The position numbers and the translations under genes are program-made. A DNA stretch of 64,000 nt from Klebsormidium nitens (Eukaryota; Plantae; Klebsormidiophyceae). The DNA lies in assembly GCA_000708835.1 (NCBI GenBank), contig DF237436.1, positions 4,935 through 68,934 on the forward strand, given 5' to 3'. Below, piece by piece: positions 38,788 to 49,520 of this stretch (position 1 is its first letter; each line of letters opens with the position of its first letter). The notes under the pieces were generated by a model. The model saw only the letters and a program-made list of their open reading frames with translations. It searched no databases and was not told where the DNA came from.

Positions 38788-40967
38788 TCATGATTTGCCT
38801 TCCGACTTCTTGCTCTGAAGGGGTGCACAGAGAAAAGCATCAGCACTGAAAAAGCAGGACGAAATATAGATTGCAGTGCTTGCAACTCCTGTTTGGCTGT
38901 GTCAACACTTCAGGATCGCTTCGATAGCGCACCAACCAACAACTGAAGCGCATGCTATTGCCACGGTGCCACCAAGGAGCTTGCCGGTTCCGCAGCTGTA
39001 CTTGCGCAATTGCCCTACCTTTTTACTTTTGTGACGGTCGTCTGTCTCCTCTCCTTCTCGATGCTTCCGCTTCTGCTCAAGCAACAAACGACGACCACTG
39101 AGTCAGGGAACAGTAAAATGAATCCTTCCGGTGCGCCTATAAAGTGTTCTTCGAATCTTCCAATTTTCGAATCTTCAAGAATGCATATCCAAGCATTTAG
39201 AGAGCATGGAACAGGATTGTTAAGAGCGGACCATGATTTAGACATTCTTGTCAGCCCCTCTTTGTCACGAAGGAGTTGATTTGCGTTAAGTTGGGGCAAG
39301 CCCTGGATGTTAGGTAAGTGAAAGGGTCAAAAATGAAATTACTCTCGGCAGATTGAAAGGAAGCAATAGTAAACGCGCTGCACATTTCTAAAACTGATGG
39401 GGTACTCAGAAGCGTGTAGCAAAGGGGAAACCGGCAAGCCTTAGGCATCAACTTTAAGTCTTGCTCCGCAATCCATGATCCACACGCGGTGATGATGCAA
39501 AACAAATGACACCATCGTCGCCCGTGTCCGCATTGAATCGGCCACGCATCCAATGGCAAGATACCACCAACGCACAGATATGTAGTGCAAACTTTGTAGT
39601 CGACAGCAAGCCGTGCGAAGAACTAAGCCGCATACCTTCTTCTTGTCCTTCTTGCGGTCTCCCTCCTCTCCTTCCCGATCCCTGTGCTTGCTGCTGTGCT
39701 TCTTCTTCTTCTTTTTGTCTTCTTCTTTTTTCCCGTTGCTTCTGTCCACTTCCTTGACAAGTGGTGGGGTGTAGGTTGGGGAGCCAAGATCTTCCTGTGA
39801 ACACAGAAAAGTCTTCGTTCATTTCTTAGCCAGCCCCGTCCTGTAAGTTTTGACACTCGAAGCTTGTGGAGATTGTACGGGGGACATTTGAGCAATACAC
39901 CGGCACCCGGCATCATAGACTTGATCCACCACACTGCCAATCAATCCACCACCCACAGATGCGCCAGAAAAGAAGATCGCATTCAAAAGAAGGGAACACC
40001 CCTATCCTTCTGTTAGTTCTATTGCAGCATAGCTACGGGATCAAATTCAACACTCATATTCCTGCCTAAACAGCAGAGAATTTCACACGCGGTGTTATAA
40101 TAGAAGGGGCTAACGGTCATTTATGTTGTAGGCAATGATGACCCCTCCCTTTCTGCTCGTCCAGTGCACGTGGAAATACGAAACTAGCCACTTGCTGGCA
40201 GGACCTCAGCAGCCCTGACTGACCTGCGCCAGCTCGACTGGCTCTTCACTTCGGAAGGTGAATGCACTCCGCAGCGCATCCAGACCCAGAGGCACAATTG
40301 GGACATTCTCAGTAGCAACGCCTGGCCAAGTCCCTTCCAGCAGCTGGCAGAGCTCCATTCCTTGGCCTCTGCGCAGAGCAGTATCGCCAACCGGCCTCTT
40401 CAAGTAGCTGGACTCGGCTATGAAGCCCGGGGGTGCTGGGGCCTGGAGGGTGTCGGCGCCAAACTGGAGGCCGCTGTCGAAGGTGACTTCAGGTGGAACT
40501 GCAATGTAGGGGAGGGAGGCATTGTGAACCTCATGAAACACTGACAATGCGGTGGAGTGGTGGTGCAATGCAAACTAAGGTTTGATCAGGAATGGGAGAA
40601 ACCCCATGTCACATTACAGGTCTGGATCACTTGACCAGCATGAGCAACCTTCTTATGGACAAAGCCAGGATGTGCAGCCTTCCTAAACAGCCAGTATCTG
40701 AACCAACTAGCCCAAACCAGATTGATTGTCTGAAAATTCGCTTAACATTTTGAGCAGAGCTCAGTCCCGCACGAGACATGCATGCTTCCAACATTTTCAG
40801 AAGTTCCTTGCAGGCTGCAACAATAATGGGTTTGATGCTCCAAGAAGTCTCCACACTTGGTGGTGGCACAGGGTCTTTGGATATGCCAGCAACGCAATGC
40901 ACTTGCCTTCAGTTGCTCGAAGGAGTTGGAAAGCGGGAGTCTGGACCGAGGAATTGCCGGGCTCCAT
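38788..40967 (-). CDS. MED19: Mediator of RNA polymerase II transcription subunit 19
   Basis: Phase-consistent exons 40967-40907 (GC donor), 40498-40224, 39752-39636, 39072-39019, 38814-38788. SYLKRPVGDTALRRGQGMELCQL matches plant MED19 HYLHNVVGDTEIRKGEGMEL.QL. LDALRSAFTFRSEEPVEL is followed by the characteristic Lys/His-rich tail. Confidence 0.8.
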
Positions 40968-41722
40968 TCTTTGCTTTCGAAATTTGCTCGGACAATGCAG
41001 GTCGAAGACCACTGCTGCCAACGATGTCAGAATAACATTTCTCGGCAGAGTATAAAACTGTTCGTCTATCAGAAGATGCTGGATAGACGAGCCTGATGCA
41101 ATAGGACAGGTTTGCAGAAAGCCAAGTGAACTCAGTATGAGCAGAAGCCGAACATGGCAAATTATTCAGCTTGTTGGAGGCGCTTGACGCCCGCCATGTT
41201 CTCTGATCGAAGGCAAAGAACATGTGAGCCATGATGCCCACGTTTGGAACGAATGAGAGACGGGTGTGCTGGAAATGGCGTCCAACCTTGGCCATCATCA
41301 CGCCCTCCTTGCTTGTCCGGTAAGCGTCCTCTTTCTGAGGACAAGCACGGGGCACTGATAGGAACTCCTGACCGTCCGATCACGTCATCGGTCCTTGCAG
41401 ACGAACGAGATGACAGGTTACTCGTTTCCACGTGATGAGGTCAGCATGTCACGTCGTACAAAGGGTTCTAAATATAACCCTACGTTCCGAAGACCGCGGG
41501 GATGGTTACTACTAATATTTATGGTTTAAAGACTCGTATTGCCGGTTATCCGACTTGATAGTGGTCAATCTTAACCTTCTCGAACTTCTCTGCTGCTGAA
41601 ATGTGACCGTATGCGGGATGACTTTCCGAGGAACCTCGGAGGAGACATCTCTCCGCCCGCGAGCTTGCTTCCTCCTCTTCTGCCCTCTTGTTTGACACGG
41701 GCGAAAACGCAGGGCCGCCACC
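40968..41722. promoter_or_regulatory. Bidirectional promoter/5' UTR region between MED19 and RPL14
   Basis: Head-to-head ATGs 755 bp apart. Paired ACGTGA/TCACGT motifs near 41430-41454. Pyrimidine-rich (TOP-like) leader before the RPL14 ATG. Confidence 0.5.
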
Positions 41723-44343
41723 ATGGTGAGTTTTTCGCCCACGGCTGAGAGACATGCCCTTGGTGCAGGGGCTGTCCTACTCTTCACGGTGATATACGAC
41801 CGGAGGGCTAAGCTGTTGGCTACCGTAGTTCGACCGCCTCTCTTGTTGTAAAAAGGTCGAGCACATTTTCATTTGAGTTCGACGGTTGGAGTCTTCTCAT
41901 CAGCTTGATCCTGGACTGTATTGCTCGTAAAGAGAACAAATGGTCCGTGGCATTCTTCTGTGTAGGTTTTCAGGCGGTTTGTGGAGATTGGCCGGGTGGC
42001 TCTCATCAACTATGGTGAGAACTACGGCAAGCTGGTCGTCATCACCGACGTGGTCGATCACAACAGGGTGAGGCAATATTCTGGTGATGCATGCCTTTTG
42101 GGGTGCAAGTTGTGACCGGTATGAGCAGGCTGGAATGAGTGAAGAAGAGGAAGAGGCAGCAATTTCCCAGGAAAGGCGGCATGGTAAAGGATGTGCTTTG
42201 GCTGGCAGGCATCTGTTGAGAATGGTTATTGGAATATTCTGCTACATGAAGATACGTGGTAATGGTTACCTGAGCAGTGGAGGGAATGTGGTGTGCATCC
42301 TACAGAGGGCAGCTCTATGATGGCGCCTTTGGTCCAGCACGCGGCTCTTGAAAAGTTGATGAGGTGACGCAAGAAGAGCAACTGGCAAAAAGGACATGCC
42401 CTGGCCATTAGACAGTCCTGCAAATCAAATCACGGGCTCAATTACGGGCAAGTAGATCTTAGTGAACATTCTCTTTTCTTGGGACTGCCACATGTTGAGC
42501 TGAGGAAGGCTTCCAACCAAGGTTGCTGCTGAGCCTTATGAAAGTGCATCGGAGCTTGTGGAAAGCAAAGGGGATTCTTGGCATCTGGAGAAGCAGTAAT
42601 AGTTTTAAAAGGAGATTTGGGACTCGTGCGCTCTCGTGAAAGTTGCAGTCTAGTCAACGGGCTTGATTGAGCATGCCACGCCAGCACGAACAACAAATTG
42701 GCACCTCTGAGACACAAAGCTTGGGAGACCTGGGGGGCACAGCTAGTTCCTGCACACATCCGAGCAGCAAGACCCTTATTGGCGATCGACAAGGCCGCGG
42801 TGTCAGCCTGTTTTGTCAGATTGCTTGTATCTTCTACGGAGTGTCCTGCCGTGGGATGTCACTTAAGGCGTCCACTCTAAAAACAGTGCGAGGAAACTTG
42901 AAGGAGTCTTTCCCGTGTAATACCACCTATTTCTGAAGCGAGCATTCTGACGGGCTTCTTCTCTATATGCAGGCCCTTGTTGACTCTCCTGACATGGTGC
43001 GCACTGTGATCAACTTCAAGAGGCTTACGCTGACCGACATCACAATTGAGATCCGGAGACTTGCAAGGAAGAAGGAGCTCAAGGAGGCCATTGAGGCGGG
43101 CGGTAAGTTGTCTGCTTCGACAAGTCTGCTTCGTGTTTATTTACTATGTGAAATTGGTTCATGTGATTTACTGGCTGACAGGCTTCTATCAGGTCAGTGT
43201 ACTTGTTGCTTTGGACCGTAGTGAAGGTGCTGGCTTTCAGCAGGAGTGACCTACACAGCTTTGTTTAGTTGGGCCTTGGTGCACTATGGAATCGGGGGGG
43301 GTGGTGCAGGTTGGCTTTGTTGTTGTGTTCTAGGACGCTGTCTTTCAAGAAAAGCAGCTGGGCAAAGTGCCCAGTGTTTGCTCGACACATCGGGCACAGG
43401 GCAAGGGATGCTGCTGGCCTGTCGGCTCAGCCATGGGAAATTGTTTCCTTTAGGAGCTCGAGCAGTTCGGCAAGTTGTCCAGGCACTTGGCAAGCATAAA
43501 GGATGGTTCTAAGTTTAGCAGACGAGCGCAACTGCAAGGGGGCCAGGTTGGTAGTCTAGCAGGCGAGTGCGTCTGCTCAAGACAAGGATCTCACGCGGGC
43601 CCTTATGCTGGCTGCAGAGGTGCACAAGAAGTGGGCGGCCAGCTCATGGGGCAGGAAGCTGGCGGTGCAGGACAAGCGGGCGAAGCTGGGCGACTTTGAC
43701 AGGTTCAAGGTCATGGTGGCCAGAGTCAAGGTGAGCCGCTGAAAGAGGGGGAATTGCCAAACCTGGGCTTTGAGACCTCTTTCGCTGTCACTGTGGGGTT
43801 GTCTTGTTTCCGTAAAGTGTGAGTCGCCGCGTGTTGGGAATGCTTCCGCAAATGCAGAGCAGCTTGGTCTCGGGTGTGCCCGCAGAGAGTTATTGGGGTA
43901 CTGCCTCATGGGTGTGCTTTTGCGAAGGGAAAAAATGGGAGTATATTCTTAATGTGGGGTTTCACTAGAGTTCATTGGACGGCATTGGACGGCAGAATGA
44001 ATCTTATCGAGCCCGCTATGACCCCTGCTCTTTATATAACCCAAGAAACGTGAGTCTGGTATTGATCCGGTGGAAACCCGCGTTGGAAGTCAACTGGTCG
44101 GGCTTGGGCTCAATTCGCAGACCTGGGCTGGAAGTGTCACTATCAAACATTCGTCGCATGTGGGAGAATCTTGCTGCAGCTTGGGCACAAACGCATCCGT
44201 CAGCCCGTTTGGCATCAAGTGCAATCTTTACGCTTTCCATTCATGGGGGAGACTGGCATCGCTGACTGTGGTTTTGTCGCTCCCCTTTGCAGAGGAGTGC
44301 CGTCCTCAAGCGGGAGCTGGCCAAGCTGAGGAAAACAAAGTAA
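41723..44343 (+). CDS. RPL14: 60S ribosomal protein L14 (eL14), 132 aa
   Basis: Exons 41723-41725 (ATG only), 41966-42067, 42973-43102, 43618-43730, 44293-44343, giving [43 protein letters not shown]...[25 protein letters not shown]. Confidence 0.98.
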
Positions 44344-46077
44344 CCTGGACACTGGCATCTGTCAACGAAATGCCAATTACGGTTATTGCTTTCATTTTCC
44401 GCGCTTTTCCAGTCCAGCCCTCCCCATTGGCTGGCTGAGTTGCTGCTCTCTTTCTTTCATCATTGTTCCTTGCTTGCGAAGTGACTTTTCGGGCCTCAGT
44501 AAAGCTATGTTCTGACCCATTTGTGACCACCCAACATCGAGGTGTGCCGGGCCTAAGTGAGTTTGTTGCTAAGCGTCCGCCCGACTGTACATGCGTATGA
44601 AACTATGAAACTAGCGAGTGTGCATGGATGCCGCCGAGCTCGCCACTTAACTTACTGCGCACTTACAGAGTGGCGGCCACTGCCAGGCCAGTTGTTCATT
44701 CATGTCTAAGGGTTCATCACATTTGGCTGCGGCATTGAGTACGAAATGAGACCACCACACATTCAGGGGCCTGCGTTCATTATATGCCGTCATAACCAGC
44801 TTCACAGCAGATCGGATCAACAAAAGTGGTCATGGGAAATCATGCAATTTGGACTGCACATATTATATAACACATGCTTGAACTTCAATATCGAAGTATA
44901 TACATGTCGCGCCCGTCTCATCCTTGACTCAGTCCGGAATCAATCTGGCATGCACGAAACAATCACATATTATTGGTCGTTATATGTGACGAGACACAGC
45001 TTGCAAACTTACGTACAGCGGTGTTATACAATCTGACTCTAATGCAAGCGATGCTGCGTCACAGAGATCACCTAAACGCTCAATAACGGAAGGATTGAGA
45101 ATCGAGATGTCAAACATTCCTAGCTCCGTATACAGATACAATTCTGCTCTAGGTTTCGAGAGGTGCCAGCACATGGGCTCTTGAATCAACGCCCAAGGAT
45201 CCGTGCATATGTTAAGCCAAAAGTCAAAATATAACACTAAATTGATTAAATCTACACTGCAAGCACAAGAAACTGTTCACTTAAGCTTGCTTTTAACCTC
45301 CTGCACCTATCGCCTCTCACCTTGGACTTAGGGATTCAAAGCGTAAGAATGTCTGCACCTGAAAGATTGACTAACAGCTTGCCGCTCAATTCAAAAACGG
45401 TCCAGCCCCCAAGAATTGACTCCAACCTCATCTGACCATCTAATCACTCGCTAATTAAGGTTACGGCAAACCTGGTCAATACCTTGTCTTTGAAATTCCG
45501 ACTGCTGCTGAGGAACCTCAACTCAAGAATCTGCTGGAGGGATGCACCTGTCTAAGGCTGAGTCGAAGGAAGTCTTTGCTTTGCAATCGCGAAGCTTTGC
45601 GAACCCGTAAGTTTGTACCATAAAATCCTCAATAGTAGATTGTCCTACTACCTCTACTTTGTAAGTCTTACACGAGAGAAGTCCCGCCAAAAAGTGAACA
45701 ATACCCTTTGCTACGGCCGCAGAGCTGCCTTTGACTTCTTCTTTGCTGCTTTAATCTGGCCCAGTTGTTAATAGCCCCTGCTGCGAGTACCTCTCTCAAT
45801 ACCGACAATGTCTGTTTCTCGAAATATCAACTCCGACAAGTACTGCCATCCGGTGATCCGCACGACCCAACCCTACGACCACACGTCCCCATGTCCCGGC
45901 CCTTCTCCCCGCCTTTCGCCCTTGACGGACGTACCGGCCCTTTCGACGTCCGATCCCGCTCCTCTAACAACCAGCGCTCTTCTTGAATCGGGACGCGCCC
46001 TGCATCCCCTCTCTGAACTCTCGCACATCTAGCCTGGCTCTTTCTACCCGCCCTAGTTCTTCTCTCACACCCGTCAC

Positions 46078-48471
46078 TCACGCCTCGTAAATCTTGAGCA
46101 CGCGCTCGATGGGCCGCCGGCAGACGGGGCAGCCCTGGCCGCCCTGCTGCACCAAGCGTCCGCACGCAAGGCACGTGGCGTGGTGGCCGCACGGCACAAA
46201 GACGCACTCCTTGGGCGCGTTGCAGCACACGATGCAGATCTCGTCCTCGGGCAGGCCCTCGATGCTGGCGGGGGGGGCGTCCGTGGAGGGGGCTTCTGTG
46301 GGCAAGACAAGAGGAGAACGTGAGCGGGGGGGCGAAGTTCGGCTCTGTAAAACGTGGACGACTGGCCAGCGATTGCGGATTCTGGCAGACCAAGAAGCAG
46401 CAGGATTCTACGAGACAACAAGTTGGTGATTCCATGTACTCGACCTTTGAGTGGTCGATGTGTACCCCTGTATATATGCATTGTCGGTGGCAGTTCAACG
46501 GCGAAGTAGGGCAGAGATATAATTGAAAATTTTGCACTTGACAGGTTCTGTGTCAGGGTTGGCAACAGCAGATTTCCGAATCAGACACGGTCTGAACGGC
46601 TTGGCAGCACCGTGTATGTGGTACCAGAAATTTACCACTAAAAGTGAGTTGAACTTTTTCCAGACAGTGCGACAGGTTCTGAGTATCTAGAGGGGAATCC
46701 ACCATCTTCCAGAAATATGATGGGAACTAAGCATACAGCAGCCCAATCCGCAGTTCCGAAAATGCGTAGAAAGGGGAGCACACTGTTCAGGCTGCTACTT
46801 GGAATCTTAAGGCAGTTGCGCTTGCAGCATACCATTACATTGAAAGGTTCAGAAGGGCAGGCTTACCTGGCTCTTTGCCCTTGGCCGTACGCTCCCTGGC
46901 CGCATCCGCTGCCCCACTCGAGTAAGAATAAGTGCCTTCGGCAGTTGGAGGGCTTTCTTCCCATTCGCTCCAATGATTCACAGACGCCGGAGGGTTTTCG
47001 TTCCTCTTGGTCCGTTGTGCTGCAGGCCCCGTAGCGCTGCTCGTGCCTGCTCCACTGCCGTCCTGACCATACAATGTTGCAAACATCTCGACAAAGCGTG
47101 CGTTCTTGGGGATCGACTTGCTGAAGAACACGCCCGCTCCCGTGGTTTTGAACGTGGACCCGTTGAACCCCGGCTCGAACCACTTCTTGGCCCCAGCCTC
47201 TGCGGACCCCCCCCCAGACTTCGTTTTTGGAGCGCTGGTAGGTCTGCCGATAAGGGGAGGCTGCTCAAGATCGTTTCTCCTGGCCGTTAGCCGAGGCGCC
47301 CTCTTCTTACAATAGCAGCAGTAGCAGGTAACAATCGTGCCTATGATCACTGCGATCCCTCCCCACGTGCAGCCTATGATGATAGCTACTCTTTTCTGGA
47401 TGGAAGAGCCAAGATTGGATTGCTTGTATGGGGGAGGCGGGGGCGACCGAATGGCCGGGGGCGAAAATGCGTAGATTGAGCCACGCCCTGTGCAACAAGT
47501 GCAGCTGTAACTTCCGGCTGAGATAAGGAGTATCTTCCCTCCAACTGCAGTGCACTTGTCTACCGCGTCAGTTGTATTTCTTGCAGATGGGCAGCTCCGT
47601 TTGATGGCGTTGACGCAGGGGCTCGTGGGCAGGGGGCCAGGCGGGGGAGGAGGGGGAGGAGGACTGCAGTACAAATAAAGCAAGTGTCATTTTGTGGCCT
47701 GGTAATACTTGTCGCCATGGGGTTGACTCAAATGACTTTTGTTCAGCAAGTGCACACTGTAGGAGGACTTTCTAGCATGGCAAGCAGTCTTCCCTCACAG
47801 CAAGCGCATTCACTTTGTCGAGGTTCCTAGAAGAATGTCACTGCCGGAAATTAACAAGCGAATCTGCTACCTTTACTTGAAACATATGCCTTTTGTCTGG
47901 CTACTCGGACCTGGACGGAGAAGCAAAGTCTCCCAACCCAATGTAGTTAGGGTCCAGTCAAAAAGCTGAACTGAGGCAGGTGGAACGTGCTGGGTGTGCA
48001 ATGCTGGCCAGCCCCTACAAGTAAACTCTCCTGACACTCACAGCATGACCAATTGGCAACCAGTGCGACAAAATTAGCAACAACAACTTTATCACGCCTG
48101 GGTTGCTCCATATGGATATACAAAATGACTCACAGCTTTGGAGCTTCGATGCACGGGCACAGGAAGATGCCAAAGTAGCCGCCGTCAGCGCACTTGTCGC
48201 CGTTCTTGCAGGTGCAGATATGGCCGCTGGCGCAGGAGTAGTCGCTGTAGCACCCCGTCTCGTAGGCCCATCGGGGGTCACATGTGGGGTCGCTGTTGGG
48301 TAAAACCGCTCCAAATTGGAACGGACCAGGGGCAGGGGCAGGCCCTGCCTGGAGAACCTTCCGGCCCGGTTGAGAATGGGGCCCTGAGTCCGCGTCTGGC
48401 TCCAGTGCTGAGCTTCCGCCAAGTGTCAGCAGAAGAGTGGCTATGACAAGGCAGCCAAGCAAGAAAGACAT
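46078..48471 (-). CDS. Type I membrane protein: signal peptide, two Cys-rich ectodomain modules with Pro-rich linkers, TM, C-terminal RING finger (putative E3 ligase), 450 aa
   Basis: Phase-consistent exons 48471-48134, 47663-46867, 46295-46078. Signal peptide MSFLLGCLVIATLLLTLGGSSA. TM VAIIIGCTWGGIAVIIGTIV followed by CYCCYCKKR. RING CIVCCNAPKECVFVPCGHHATCLACGRLVQQGGQGCPVCRRPIERVLKIY. Confidence 0.85.
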
Positions 48472-48913
48472 GGTGGGATTTCGAAGGAGCGAGGGGCCAA
48501 GAATGTGAGCGGGCAAGAAGCTACTTGAGGGAGAGTTTTGGCTGCAAGATGTCTCGCTTCACGCGAAAACTTGAGTAATTGATGGCGGGAAAGATACAGT
48601 GGGTTCCAATTGCTCTGAAGCGCTCCTTAGCAGCGACACGGGGCTTGGGTTTTAGAGAATTGGCTGCTCGTGATAGAATGACTGCGAACAAGACAATGCA
48701 GGCCCCTTGGATAGAAATGCTTCTTAGAAAGGCCTCTGGATCACTCCAATTGCGTTGTAAACCTGTATCACTACGCCGAATCAGCTCAATGGCAAAAAGT
48801 AGGGTGTGAAATGTGGATGCAACTTGTGATTTGCAGCATAAGGAGGCGTGACCGGCTCAAGTCTCCCCTCAACAGGATACTGAGCGCCGCCCTTCTGCGT
48901 CCCTCAACCCAGC

Positions 48914-48936
48914 TAGTAGTAGTAGTAGTAGTAGTA
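48914..48936. repeat. (TAG)7 microsatellite in the divergent intergenic region
   Basis: Direct read. Confidence 0.9.
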
Positions 48937-49520
48937 CTCTGCCAGTGGTCAGTAAATTGGCAGCACTTGGCTGTCCTCGCTGGTCAAACTGGTGCTCTCT
49001 CAGTCTGCTTTGCACCTACGGTAGTACGGTCTGGACCTAGGATACCTACCTAGACTCCTAGTCCATCAAATGCATGGGCGGATTGCAACATGTTCACATC
49101 CTGAACATCATCAATATTGCAGGCATGCATGCCAGTAAAAGCACGGGTGATCCCCCGCCCTCGGACACGTGACGTTGCCCAGCCCAGAAAACTCGGATCG
49201 TCTTGACACAAACTTTCAACAGGATTGCCGGTTCCCCTGACGGTTCACGCCTGCCGCGGGGAAGCGTCTGCTCCGGCGCGCGGCTTTCAACGGCATCTCC
49301 CGTCTGGTGTCACCAATCTTCGCAAAAGTGCGTACGGTACCTACCAGCTTTTGCTGCTCCATCATCAATGAGTCGAAGTCTGTCTGACTTCGCCTATTAG
49401 GCTACACTCCCAACGTCCAAGTTCATTTCCAGACTTAGCCTTGTTTGTAGCGTTTGAATCAGAAGGCGTCGAGCTGGCAATACCTATCTAGAGGGCTGAA
49501 GCCTGAAGGGAGTAGAGGGC

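Noticed and set aside
42069-44292. Possible intronic snoRNAs in RPL14 (TGATGA near 42357; ACA-ending hairpins near 43170-43260)
   Set aside because: No properly spaced D box with terminal stem and no recognisable rRNA-complementary guide; needs snoscan/Infernal
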